Source of the DNA: Octopus sinensis | Taxonomy: Eukaryota | DNA: 64,000 nucleotides | Reading direction: 5' to 3' | NCBI RefSeq assembly: GCF_006345805.1 | Contig: NC_043004.1 | Location: 25,916,001 to 25,980,000 of the forward strand | Part shown: in pieces, positions 36,937-49,606 of the stretch | How positions within the stretch are numbered: the first letter of the stretch is position 1 | How the letters are laid out: every line of letters starts with the position of its first letter | The notes under the pieces: model-generated | The model's input: the letters and a program-made list of their open reading frames with translations, nothing else | Databases searched by the model: none | Told to the model about the DNA's origin: nothing | Position numbers and translations under genes: made by a program

Positions 36937-37683
36937 TTAAGACTTAGTTGTGATCTGAACATAACCACTTCTGACACAGAGAATCAGGAGCCCTTTTGGG
37001 CATTCTATTTTCCTTGCTGGAAGTGTTCCCAACCCATGGCCGAATGGGGGTTAGATGATGAGGGTGGTGTTTTCAAAGGGCTGACATGTGCAACCTGATC
37101 ACCTCTGCCATCAAACTCCCAACCCATGAGCTCCTGTCGTGACACTGATTCTGCAGGACTGGGTTGGGTGTGAAAACCAACTTTAAAGTATAAATATAGA
37201 TGTTTTTGAATCAACAATATTGTGTTCGGTTAAGTCCTATTTGGGGTGAAGAATCAATAAACTGATTCCTTATGGGGTTTTCCATTTAATCAGGAAAAAA
37301 AGAAAATCGATAAACCGATTCCTTATAGGATTTCCCAATAAAATTGGCTATACCCCATTTTCAACCGTAGCTTTTACCAATTTTGATGTATTTTGTTCAA
37401 AATTGATGCCAGCATTACTTAGGACTCATGGGATCTTTGAATGCTTTAAGTTCTCCAAAAACGGAAAAAATAAAATCAATGAGTGGAAAAACTCGATAAA
37501 CCGATTCCTTATGGGATTACCCAATCAAGTTGTCTGCAACTCATTTTCAGCCAAAAGTTTACCAATTTCAACAGATTTCACCCAAATTTGATGTCAATGT
37601 TACTTAGTTTGGTTTGAAATAAAGAACTTGATTAGCTTAATAATCCTAACTGAATCCCGGGCAAAGCCAGGCTATACTGCTAG
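34556..37683 (+). mobile_element. non-autonomous Helitron-like element (about 3.1 kb) directly following the previous one
   Basis: Starts tatatatataaacgccaaaatgtctgtg; ends cccgggcaaagccagg...CTAG|T (37680-37683); internal repeats aatcgataaaccga(t/c) at about 34728, 37306 and 37490. Confidence 0.7.
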
Positions 37684-37717
37684 TTGTTTATATTTGTGTG
37701 TTTTTATTTGTTTGAGA

Positions 37718-37910
37718 CATTTGACTGTGGCCATGCTGGAGCACCACCTTGAAGGGTTTTAGTTGAACAAATTGAACTCAGTACTTTTTTTTAGTACTTA
37801 TTCTGTCAGTACTTTTGCCGAACTGCTAAGTTACAGGGATGTAAACATACCAACTCCAGTTGTCAAGCAGTGATGCGGGAACAAACACAGTCACAAAGAC
37901 ACACACACAC

Positions 37911-37946
<36 letters not shown>

Positions 37947-38036
37947 GACAGGCTTCTTTCAGTTTCTGTCTACCAAGTCCACTCACAAGGCTTTAGTCTA
38001 AGTGAGGATATAGTAGAAGACACTTGCCCAAGGCGT
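37718..38036 (-). mobile_element. SINE family A, 5'-truncated
   Basis: catttgactgtggccatgctggagcacc...agacacttgcccaagg. Confidence 0.85.
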
Positions 38037-38072
38037 AGATAGATGAAAAAGAGAGGAATGAAGAGAGTGAGT

Positions 38073-38181
<109 letters not shown>

Positions 38182-38714
38182 TGAGAAACAGATATGTATA
38201 TATATGAGTGTAATAAAATTGTTCCTCTTCAAATGTATTGTTTTGTCTTTCTTTGAGGTTGCTATATGTAGCACAGTATATACTTATAGTCGTGTGTGTG
38301 TGAGTGTGTGAGTGAGTGTGTGTTACATATACATAATTTGCAATTAATATGTATCTGCATTAGTTCTTACCATATTTATTTCCTGCACCATTATGCAGTG
38401 CCATCTGAACATATGCTGTTTATCTTGCATAACAAAATTTGTCTTGTTATAATAATGCTCATTGCATTCTGAATTAGCATTTGTACTACACTAGCAATCA
38501 TCTCTGCTATATTCTATGTATCATTCTAGTTTTCTTGGAAAACAAATTAACTACAAAATGATATCCAATATTTACAGTAAAAATAGTAAAACTAAAATAT
38601 TTTCTGCTAGAAAAATGTATATCATGTGTCAAGAAATTTAATTCTATCTTGTGCAAAAGTTTTGTTTTCTAGATAACATTAAAATGGACAACTGACAGAA
38701 CAGATAATATTTCT

Positions 38715-38900
38715 TTCTTTATTGCCCACTGGGGGTTAAATATAGAGGGGAAGTGCATAACTGGTACTTATTTAATCAACCCCGAAAGGATGAAAGGCTA
38801 AGTCAACCTCGGCAGAATTTGAACTTAGAACGTAGTGGCAGGCAAAATACTGCTAAACATTTCGCGCGGTGTGCTAAAGATTCTGCCAGCTCACCACCTT
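38715..38900 (-). mobile_element. SINE family B
   Basis: ctggtacttatttaatcaaccccgaaaggatgaaaggc...ctgccagctcaccacctt. Confidence 0.85.
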
Positions 38901-39189
38901 AGAATAGATAATATTAAGAGTAAAATATTTCTTTTTGAAATGAAATGTGTCAGGAATGGTACAACAATGCAGAGTGGACTATAATAACAGTTAGAAATAA
39001 TTTAATTATTCATAGTCTAATATTTTGGAATATAAAAATTCCTTCTTCTGAGATTGCTAGGAAGTAATGAAGCCACTGTTATAGTTGGTTTTCTTATTCC
39101 TCTAACAGTTACTGAAATCTGTCAGAAGCATTCCTCTAATGGTCTCATGAAGTTCCTCCCGGAATTCCTAACGAGAAGTGTGTAAGGGT

Positions 39190-39600
39190 AGTTGTGTCTT
39201 GAGCTCATGTGTGTTGGCATATTCATAGCGCTGTTTCCAAGTTATGTATTATATGTGCATTTTTATATAATGTTTTGTTATATAAGCATATTACCATCAT
39301 GCATGCAGGGTGTCGATGTTGTTAAATAAAATAGTGAATGTTAATTTCTAACCGTTGATATTTTGGGGCCTTAGTCTGTCTATGAGGATAGCCTCCTTAA
39401 TTCTTAAATTTTTCTAAATTTCTATCATTGGCCTAAATTGTAACACAGATTTATGCCAACAGGTACATGCTGTATATCAAATCTAATGTAACAGATGCAA
39501 CAATTTCTACATGAGTAGCACAACCAGGCCATTACACTTTCACATCAAAGGACATCTAAACACACTCCTTCAGAAAACACCTAGACAGATGCTGGAATGC
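39190..39600. mobile_element. Penelope-like GIY-YIG fragments in opposite orientations
   Basis: Plus strand 39460-39570: AVYQI*CNRCNNFYMSSTTRPLHFHIKGHL; minus strand about 39330-39420: NLRIKEAILIDRLRP. Confidence 0.7.
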
Positions 39601-40469
39601 CAACAAAAATATCAGTCTTTCTCTCTCTCTCCTTCTGTCCCCCTTTCTCTCTTTCTCTACTTTCTAGTCCATCTCTGTATATGTCACAATATGATATTTT
39701 GGGCATATATTATTTCTCTATTTTTGTTGCTATTCACCAATACCCACTTTATGAATTCCAACTCAGATATACCCACTTCTATACACTCTTACACACCCAT
39801 CCACCTGTTACCAACCAATATACATACTTACCTGCTCCTGTCCAACAAAACCTACATCTACCCACCAATACTCCTTTATCCACCCCTACTGATACTTATC
39901 TATCCTTTTATACATATGTTTGGTATTGAGCTCATCAATTGCAATCTAATGATACATCCAGCAATACCACAGTGCCCCCACTGTTTCAAGTAGTGACTTT
40001 TCTTTTCATATTTACTTACATTTACAAATACAATCTCACTTTGTCAGTGATACAATTCAACATAGAATTGATGAATTTTTCACATGTGTAATGGGTAGGA
40101 CTTATAAGTATAGCAGAGTAAAATCTATAAGATTTGTGGAGTATTTATTTCATAAATCTGGTGGTGTATATAGTTTATAAGATTAGTTGGGAATAGATTA
40201 CAAGTGTAGTGAATTATAGTTTACAAGTATAGTGATGTATATCATTCAAAAGTGTAGTGAGGTATAATTTGTAAGTGCTGTGTAGTGTTTTTATAAGTGC
40301 AGTGTTGTGTAGTTTGTTAGTGTAGGACCTTACATATGTAGAATAGGAAGTTGAATAGTCAACTGAAATTATTTCACAAAACCTTTCTCCAAGGTCTTTT
40401 AATATCCAGAGGCAGTTTTTGTGTACTTACTACTCAGATAATCTCATCTATTTACATCTTTTCTGCTCA

Positions 40470-40650
40470 CTAATAATGTTTGCCCATCATCATTGACAAT
40501 GACCAAGGACATCACATAGAAGAAGATGGGTCATGGTGCATCTAGCTGTGTCCAATCAGGTTGATGCATGCTTGGAAGGTTATGTCACAGGTTGAGCACT
40601 GGTGGTCTGCTAGGAATGAAGGCAAAGAGTTGACTCTGGACTTGTGCCGC
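40470..40650 (-). mobile_element. RTE LINE 3' tip
   Basis: Decayed CxxCD..F...INLIGH zinc-finger-like end, then tcattgtcaatgatgatgggcaaaca. Confidence 0.55.
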
Positions 40651-42501
40651 TTGTGTTTTCTTTGTGCTCCTGCAATCCTATTCTACTCATAGGAGGTGGC
40701 TCCTCTCTTGGTGCAGCTACACCTGGCAGGATGGTTCTGTGCTTACATTTCCCAGGTGTCAGATTTGGTCTCGAAACACTTCCACTCACTATTACATACT
40801 TGAGAACCTATCACATTAGAATGTTGAGTAGAACAGTGTTTTGTGTGATTCTAATAGTTCCATATTTCAAAGGAGTATTTAAGCCCCAATGTCACAACTT
40901 CTGGTTTTTGATGGATGTGATAATATGAAATGTGGTAAGAAGTATGATGTTGGCATTGACTTGTGGAAATGGAAAGACACTGGGCAGAAATGGGTAGATC
41001 TTTTGGGTGAATAATGTGAACTTAATAATTCTTGGTTACCCTTCTATAATAAAAGGCTTTCCAGCCACAACCATCACATCTTTTATAGGACTACATTATT
41101 TAATATATCCATTCTTTTTGTAAATGGTAAGATGCAATTTGAAGAAAATTTGTGGCTCTCTCTGGAGAATCCAGCAGCTAATTATATTAAGGGATGTGTG
41201 CAAAAGAGGTGGCAGCACTGGCATGGTCATGTGATGTGCTTGTATGACAGTTGCTCAATCAAAGAGATATTATGGTTTGACCAAAGTAAAAGTTAACCAC
41301 AGCAAAGGAGGAGCATGAAAGTCTGGGTGGGTGAGGTGAGGTCGGTTCTTTGAGCATCAATGGATGACAAAGGGGAGTAGGGATATGTCATAGTGAGGAC
41401 TCTTCTGATATATGTTAATGTGAAAATATTGGCATTAAAATGAGGAGGAGGAAGTTCTCATTATGTAATACTGTACTTAAATAGGTGAAACACAACCAGA
41501 CTCCAGCTGTCATGGCATGTCAAAACTATTGGAACAGTGTACTAAACAGTGTACTATCAGCCTTAATATCAGTTTATGAAATATTTTCCATATGTTTCTA
41601 TGACAGTAATGTTAGTAGTGGTGATGGTGGCAGCAGAGGTGATGGAAGAAGTAGTGGTAGTAGTGGCAGTGGTAGTGGTGGTGATATTTATTAATAAATA
41701 AGAAAGAAAATTGAAGAAAAAAGATGGTGTGAAGTAAGTAGCAATATAATGTATACAACAGTAACACTAAAATAACAAGCAACACACTAAGATGGTGAGG
41801 TACTGCTGTTCTGCCACTAAAATTTGTTTGTTGATGTGTTAATAAGCCTGTTTCAAAGTGATTGCTGGTCTTAACGGAAATAGCAGCAACGTATTTCATA
41901 AAACATGCCTGTATTTTTTTTAGGAGACACATTAGATTATGTCACCCTAGATAGAAAATAGGTCTGAATGGAGAAAAATGGATAATTTATGGATGAAATA
42001 TCTTTAATCTTTGGTCTGATTGATTAGAGCTGATTGATTGGGACTGGTTGATCAGGGATGATCTGAAGCTAAGCAAAAACTAATCAGAAAAACAGCAAAA
42101 CTTTGTTGCTGTCTAAATACACCTTTATATGGTAATGGTTACTGACTTTCAGTCACCTAATCACTATTCAAAACTTGAATATATATATATATATGTATAC
42201 AGCATCATTTGATGGCTGTTAATAAATTATTCCTAATTTACACATAATTATTCAAAGTTGGAGGGTTACACACTGTAACATGTGGGTGTGGCAAACAATA
42301 TTAATGATTGAAGAATGGCTAACAAATGAGATGATCCTAGGTTGCAAGAGAGAAAAGTCTTATCAGGATGAGGGGGAAAATGAACTGCAGTGGATGATAT
42401 GGTGTGGTAGGGAAGGGTGATATGAAGAGTAGGGATTAATTGGTTGGGTGATCATATATATATATGTGTGTATGTGTGTGTGTATACATACATACATACA
42501 T

Positions 42502-42570
<69 letters not shown>

Positions 42571-42944
42571 ATCAAAACAGTTTGATTCAAATTCCTTAGG
42601 ACTTTAAGTTTCAAAGTGTGATGCTAATCTTCAGCCATTCGAAATTTGAATGAGAAATCAGTTGGAGAAGGTGAATTGTTATTACTGGAAGGTGGGCTGT
42701 AATTGATTGAGAAAGGTCATGCAGTGTCACAGTTTGATATTGGTATTTCTGCGACAACAATTACTTGGAAAAGACTGCCTAGTAAACTGTGTGGTGGACA
42801 GAAAATTGGTCATGTGGTTGGAGGGGAAGTAGAAAGGGGTGGTGTTATGTGTAAATGTGTGAGCATATATGAATATATATGTGTGTATATGTGCATATAT
42901 GTCTATGTATGTGCGTCTGTATTTATGCATTTGTGTAAGTACTA

Positions 42945-43760
42945 TTTCTACAGGAAGCCTAATGAGGAAACAGTATACATCCACAAGAGCTCAACCCCAC
43001 CCTGCTGTAATTAGAAACCTGATTTCAGGTGTTAGCAAATGGGCATCTAAACTCTCAGACAACAGGGAGATCTTTAATAGAACCCCCACCAACAACAATG
43101 ATGCTTTGGCTAGGAGTGGGTTTACTGAGAAGCTCACGTATGTAGATGATCCTCAAACCCACTCTCCTCACCCAAAAGTATTAGAAAAAGGAAAATTATC
43201 TGGTTTAACCCCTCCACACACATACCATTCAACCTAAAAATTTCTGCCAATGTAGCTAGGGGCTTCTTGTTGTTAATTAAGAAACCTTTCCCCAGAGGCC
43301 ATAAGTATTACAAACTCTTCAAACCCCATAATGTCAAGGTGAGTTAATCCTTCTTAGACAACATCACATCTAACATCACATGCACCAACAGACATAAAAA
43401 TGTAACCACACAAACCTCAATCCCTGCAACGTCTGAAACTCCACCACCTACTCTCTAGAAGAATTCTGCCTCTCAAGGGCTGTAGTATCCAGAGCCACTC
43501 ATACACCATCTGATGGCATTACTAGGCACTACACTGGTTGGTATGACAGCCAATGACTTCAAGGGAAGATACTCTCAGTGCATGCACTTGTTTAGATCCA
43601 GGGATAGAAAGAACTCTAATTCCCTGTCTCGCTTTCTCTGAAGACCCAACGACCTCCAAGACAAAACACCCAGCATCAAGTGGACTATTATTGACAGGGC
43701 ACCAACATATTCACCTAGCACCTTAGTACCAACTGCTCCCCTGCACCAGCCAACCCTCAT
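42945..43760 (+). mobile_element. Penelope-like element 3' fragment (Penelope/Poseidon type), thumb plus GIY-YIG
   Basis: YIHKSS..HPAVIRNLISGVS; ALARSGFTEKL; RKIIWFNP; VVSRATHTPSDGITRH then VGMTANDFKGRYS. Confidence 0.8.
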
Positions 43761-43989
43761 GAGCAGGACTGCCAACCACCAATCCCCAACACTTGTTCAT
43801 GCCTATCCACCCACATACTCTCACCCCTTGTACATACTCACGCAGGTATATATACACATGCAGATGCACACACAAGTGGATGTGCAAGTACATCCTGTGT
43901 GAGTGTATGTGTATGTCACTGCCTTCACCATCACCTCATCCCCAAAGGTTTCTGCCTCCATTTCCACCCCACTTTTCACTCTGCTTCTG

Positions 43990-46390
43990 CTATTCTAGCT
44001 ATACCCTGCACTACTTCCTACCGCCTTATGCATGCCACCGTGCATTCTAATATCTTCTCCCACTCGCTTATTCCATCTTTTTCTCTTCTCTTTCCCCATC
44101 CATCCCACTGGATTTCAGCTTCCGGCCAGTTCCAAGCAGTCAATCATTTTGCAAGCATCTGCCAATGTGTTGTGGACCAGTTCAACTTTCGCAGGCATCC
44201 CTGACAGTTTAACATTTCCCTAGCCGAACTCTCGGCCCTTTGATGTCTCTGATGCTGCAAAGACATCATCATAAAACTGGCTGACAAGAGTGGAGCCATG
44301 GTGGTGTGGCGCATAGATCTCGACAAGGCTGAAGCTTTTCACCAACTTCAAGACACCTCCTTCTAATGTCCTCTGCCCTTGCTCTAAGTCTAGCTACCAA
44401 CAGATTGTGTCCTCCACTATCCATGACCTCATCTCCTTCCTCGTCTCCCTCCCACTGTCTCCAACCTCATTGTCTACACTCTACGCACCCCCACCATTTA
44501 CTTCCTTCCCAAAATCTAGAAGCCCAACAACCCTGGCTGCCCATTGTTTCTGCCTGTAACTACTCCATGGAATTGATCTCAAAATACCTCTACCATGTCC
44601 TTGCCCCCTTGTGGCTTCCCTCCCCTTCCACATCCATGACACTAACCATGTTCTCCGTCTCTGCAACTCTTTCTCCTTCCCTCCTGGCCCCTCTAAACTT
44701 CTCTTCAATCTTGATATCAAGAGTCTATATATAGGATGATCCCACACAACGAAGGACTTCTTGCACTCCAACACTTCCTAGACCATTGACTCAACCCCCA
44801 ACCTGATACCTCCACATGTCTTCATCTAACCAAACTTGTTCTCACCCTCAACTGCTTCTTATTCACATGGGATTTTTACCAACAGATCTCAGGAGTGGCC
44901 ATGGGAAGGAGAATGGGCCCTAACTATGTGAACTTCGTTGGCTATGTTGAGGCCCAAATATATTCTCCAGATTCACTGCTCCCACTCCTGAATTATACGG
45001 TTGTTATATTGATGACTGTATCGGTGCAACCTCACTTTCCAATGAACAACTAGAATCCTTCTTCTCTTTTATCCAATCCTTCCATCCTGCCCTCGAATTC
45101 TCCTGCACTATTTCCAACACTTCCATCGCATTTCTCGACATATCGGTCAACATACATCACTCCACTCTCACTAACTCCATCCACTACAAACACACTGACT
45201 CACACTCATACCTCAACTTCTCCTCCTCCCACCTACTCACATCAAGCTCTCCATCCCCTACTCCCAATTCCTCTATCTGCGCAGGCTCTGCAGTGACAAC
45301 CATGACTTTGAGACTTAGTCTCAACTCATGGCTCACCACTTCATCCTTCATGGATATCCTGTCACTACTATCTACACATCCTTCACCAGAGCACGTTCCT
45401 TGGACTGTGCCTCTGCTCTCTATTCCTGCACCTGCCCTGCTGTTGCACATCTCTCATTTCCCTTCACTCTGCCCCTCCAACGCACCATTCTCCAAGCCTT
45501 CCTGCAACTCCAGTCCAACCCCTCCACCTCACACATCTTCCCTAATATACCCTTCCCTCCTTCAAACAAGTCCACAACTTGTGTGACCTCCTGATCAACA
45601 GTTTCTTCCTTAACCCCATCTCCCAACCTGTCTTGTTCCCCTGCTTGCCTGACCAGTTTGCAGAGCACCTCCGAGACATCAGACTCAGCAATGACATCCC
45701 GGTCTCATGCCATTTCCGCTCTACCAGTCACTCACTACAACACTGGTCTGTGTTTGGATTGTCTTTACACAGGGGTCATCCAGACTCCCGCCTTCACTGT
45801 GAACAGGAATTACTCTTCACTCTTTTGCACCACATAGGTTCAACTCCCTTCCTTTCTCTTCCTCTGACACCTACTGCCTCTCTTCACTCCTATCCACCTT
45901 CTCTCACCATTGATATTCCTTCCACCCACACTCCACTCCCACTTCCACATACCCCACCCTACTGTCACACCTCCACCCATCCCACCCTCACACCAATCCA
46001 CATCACTCAACACACTAGCACTGATCAATTCCTAGCACCCACACCACACACCATCATCTGCACACCCATACATCCACACATTACAGATGCACACACTTAC
46101 ACATGCACACATCCACATGTCAAAGTCATGAGCCTCTATCCATACACAGACACATTTTCTGACATACACACACACACACCTTCGTTTTGGGATCACCAAT
46201 ACTTTATTATCTCTCCTTCTTTCTACCTCTCCTGTCAAACCATTTTTCCCCAACCAGCCACTATGCTTGATTGCTAAATCCACTAGTTTTTTATTCACTC
46301 TCTGTTCATTTTCTCTTATTCCTCTCTGTTGAAGAACATAGGCTCAAAGCATAAAAGACTTTCTCACTTTTCTGAGCATCAAACTGGCTC
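43990..46390 (+). mobile_element. Penelope-like element (Neptune-like), decayed RT plus partial GIY-YIG and the start of a pseudo-LTR
   Basis: IIIKLADKSGAMVVW; FLPKI*KPNNPGCPIVSAC; DIKSLY; GVAMG; YIDDC; FLDISV; HYKHTDSHSYLNFSSSH; QFAEHLRDIR...PVSCHF. Confidence 0.9.
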
Positions 46391-46447
46391 CTATGAAGAT
46401 GGCATGTAAAAAACACCATTTGAGCGTGATGATGATGATGATGATGA

Positions 46448-46985
46448 TGATCATCATCATCATCGTTTAACGTCTGTTTTCCGTGTTAGCACGGGTTGGA
46501 CGGTTTGACCGGGGTCTGGGAAGCCAGGTGGCTGCACCAGGCTCCAGTCTGATCTGGCAGTGTTTCTACAGCTGGATGCCCTTCCTAACGCCAACCACTC
46601 TGTGAGTGTAATGGGTGCTTTTTATGTGCCACTGGCACAGGTGCCAGGGGAGGCTAGCAGTGGCCACGATCGGTTGGTGCTTTTTACGTGCCACCGGCAC
46701 AGAAGCCAGTCAAAGTGGCGCTGGCATCGGCCATGTTCAGATGGTGCTTCAGCCACGTTCGGATGGTGCTTTTTACATGCCACTGGCACAGGTATCACAA
46801 CTACTATTTCCATTTGATATTTATTTCGATGTTTATGTACTTGACTCAATAGGTCTCCTCAAGCACAGCAGGTCATGTGCCACCGGCACAGAAACCAGTC
46901 AAGGCAGCGCTGGCATCGGCAACGTTCGGATAGTGCTTTTTATGTGCCGCCGGCACAGGTGTCGTAACTACAATATCCATTTGAT
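46448..46985 (-). mobile_element. RTE 3' UTR copy with multiple internal hairpin repeats
   Basis: (TCA)n tail; ctggatgcccttcctaacgccaacc; repeated gtgcca(c/t)(c/t)ggcaca units. Confidence 0.85.
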
Positions 46986-47015
46986 ATTTATTTTGATATT
47001 GATTTTTGTGGTATG

Positions 47016-47062
<47 letters not shown>

Positions 47063-47066
<4 letters not shown>

Positions 47067-47190
47067 AGGCTCAAAATATAAAAAACTTTCTCACTGAGCA
47101 TCAAACTAATACACCTGCTTGTTGTTCATACACCTGTCTTCATCTTTTGTTTTCCTGTAAATTTCAACTATATATATAGAGAGAGACCTT
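47063..47190 (+). mobile_element. continuation of the Penelope pseudo-LTR interrupted at 46385
   Basis: taggctcaaa..ataaaa.actttctcact..tgagcatcaaact present both at 46338-46385 and here. Confidence 0.6.
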
Positions 47191-47194
47191 TGGA

Positions 47195-47805
47195 AATATG
47201 CTGTGCAAGCCAACTGAGACCATAACCATGTGGCCTATGCCAGGGGTGTAACCAGCCGACTTATGCATACCTTTCCTTCATTGGACACTAAACTCTGCTT
47301 GTGAAGACCTGTTGAGGCAAGTAAAATAGAAATCAAATTCGATGACTGGCTTCTGTGCTAGTGAAACGCTAAGAGCATCATCTGAGCATGATCGTTGTCA
47401 GAGCAGCTAACTGGCCTTCGTGCCAGTGGCATGCAAAAAGTACCATTCAAGCATGATCGTTACCAGTGTCGCCTTACTAGTACCTGTGCTGGTGGCACGT
47501 GGAAGAAACATTCGAGTGAGGTTGTTGCCAGTGCCGCTGGACTGGCTCCTATGCAGATGGCATGTAAAAAACACCATTTGAATGTGGTCGTTGCCAGTAC
47601 TGCCTGACTGGCCCTCGTGCTAGTGGTATGTAAAAGCACCCACTACACTCTCAGAGTGGTTAGCATTAGGAAAGGTATCCAGCTGTAGAAACTCTGCCAG
47701 ATCAGATTGGAGCCTGTTGCAGCCATCTGGTTCACCAGTCCTCAATCAAATCGTCCAACCAATGCTAGCATGGAAAGCGGACATTAAACGATGATGATGA
47801 TGATA
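47195..47805 (+). mobile_element. RTE 3' UTR copy
   Basis: gaagacctgttgaggcaagt...gtgccagtggca repeats...aggaaaggtatccagctgtagaaac...(GAT)n. Confidence 0.85.
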
Positions 47806-48433
47806 TATATATGTGTGTGTGTGTGTGTGTATATAGTATATATATACATATATATATATATGCATATATATACATATATATATGCATATATATACATACT
47901 TATACACACACACATATATATATATATATACACACATACACATACATATGTATGTATGTGTATGTGTATGCCTATGTATACATGCATGCACATGCATAAA
48001 TACAAATGTATACATACATGTGCATATACATGAGCATATTGTATGCATGCACACAAACATACACACATACATATATGTATGTGTGTGTGTGTATGTAGAT
48101 GTGTGCATGTGCACCTATGAAAACATATACACACACATACAGACACACATACACAGACATATAAGCACTTATATACACATATGTATACATATTTACTCTC
48201 ACATCTTCACATCACAGTTGATTTCCTATTCAACATGTGGTGTTTTCCAAATAATTGTTGTCGCTGAAGTACCAACATCAAATTGTGACACTACATGACC
48301 TTTCTCGACCAATCACAGCCCACCTCTCAGTAATAACAACTACCCTTCTCCAAATGATTTCTCATTCAAATTTCGAATAGCTGAGGATTAGAATCACGCT
48401 TTGAAATTTTAAGTACCTAGAAATTTGAATTAA

Positions 48434-48643
48434 ACTGAGTTCCTTTTGAGTGTTGGGTCTCATGGAGGCAAAGTGGCTGAGCTCCTTTTGAGTGCTGGGC
48501 CTCACAGAGGTGAGGTGGCTGAGTTCCTTTTGAGCAGGCCACATGTAGGCATGGTGGCTGAGTTCCTTTTGAGTGGGCCGCATGGAAGCAAGGAGGCCGA
48601 GTTCTTTTCAAGCATTTGACCTCATAAAGGCAAAGTGGCTTTG
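48434..48643. repeat. minisatellite, 5 units of about 39-42 bp
   Basis: ctgagttccttttgag...gtgg recurs five times with drift. Confidence 0.85.
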
Positions 48644-48644
48644 G

Positions 48645-48925
48645 AATTATGTCATACTTGGGAAGAAGATCCATCAAGCCAAGGAAAATTGCAGTCATGG
48701 CAGATACTGGTGTCACACAAATGGCACCCATGCCAGTGGCACGTAAAAACACCTATTACACTCTCAGAGTGGTTGGCGTTAGGAAAAGGTATCCAGCCAT
48801 AGAAAACCATGTCAAATCAGACTGGAGCCTGGCACAGCCTTCCAGTATGCCAGCCCAGTCAAACTGTCAAAACCATGCCAGCATGGACAATGGATGCTAA
48901 ATGATGATGATGCTGCTGCTGCTGA
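48645..48925 (+). mobile_element. RTE 3' UTR copy
   Basis: gtgccagtggcacgtaaaaacacc...ggaaaaggtatccagcc...(TGA)n. Confidence 0.8.
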
Positions 48926-49001
48926 TGTTTTGATCCATACACATAACTCCGAATAAATGTGTTGAGTGCCTTTCTTTTGTTTGTTCACTCACTTGTGTGT
49001 A

Positions 49002-49032
<31 letters not shown>

Positions 49033-49194
49033 CTATATATATATATATATAGGGAGAGAGAGAGAGAGAGAGAGAGGTGGAGAGACAAACACACACACAC
49101 ACACACACAAAATATATAAATATATATATATATCCATGTATACACACATATGCATATGTAAGCATATACATACATACATACATATATGCACAAG

Positions 49195-49552
49195 AATGGT
49201 TGTGTGGTAAGTAGCTTGCTTACCAGCCACATGGATTCAGGTTCAGTCTCACTGTGTGGCACCTTGGGCAAGTGTCTTCTACTAAAGCCTTGGGCCAACC
49301 AAAGCCTTGTTAGAGGATTGGTTGACAGAAACTGAAAGAAGCCTGTCGTATGTGTGTGTGTGTGTGTGTTTGTCCCCGACCATCATTTGACAACTGATGT
49401 TGGTGTGTTTAAGTCCCCATAACTTAGCAGTTTGGCATAAGAGACTAATAGAATAAGTACAAGGCTTATAAAAAATAAGTCTTTGGGTCAATTTGTTCAA
49501 CTAAAGGTGGTGCTCCAGCACAGCTACAGTCAAATGACTGAAACAAATAAAA
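49195..49552 (+). mobile_element. SINE family A, near full length
   Basis: gtggttgtgtggtaagtagcttgcttacc...ctaaaggtggtgctccagc...gactgaaacaaataaaagaa. Confidence 0.88.
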
Positions 49553-49554
49553 GA

Positions 49555-49603
<49 letters not shown>

Positions 49604-49606
<3 letters not shown>

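Noticed and set aside
48434-48643. CRISPR-like repeat/spacer pattern
   Set aside because: Eukaryotic context, no cas genes, and the 'spacers' are homologous to each other
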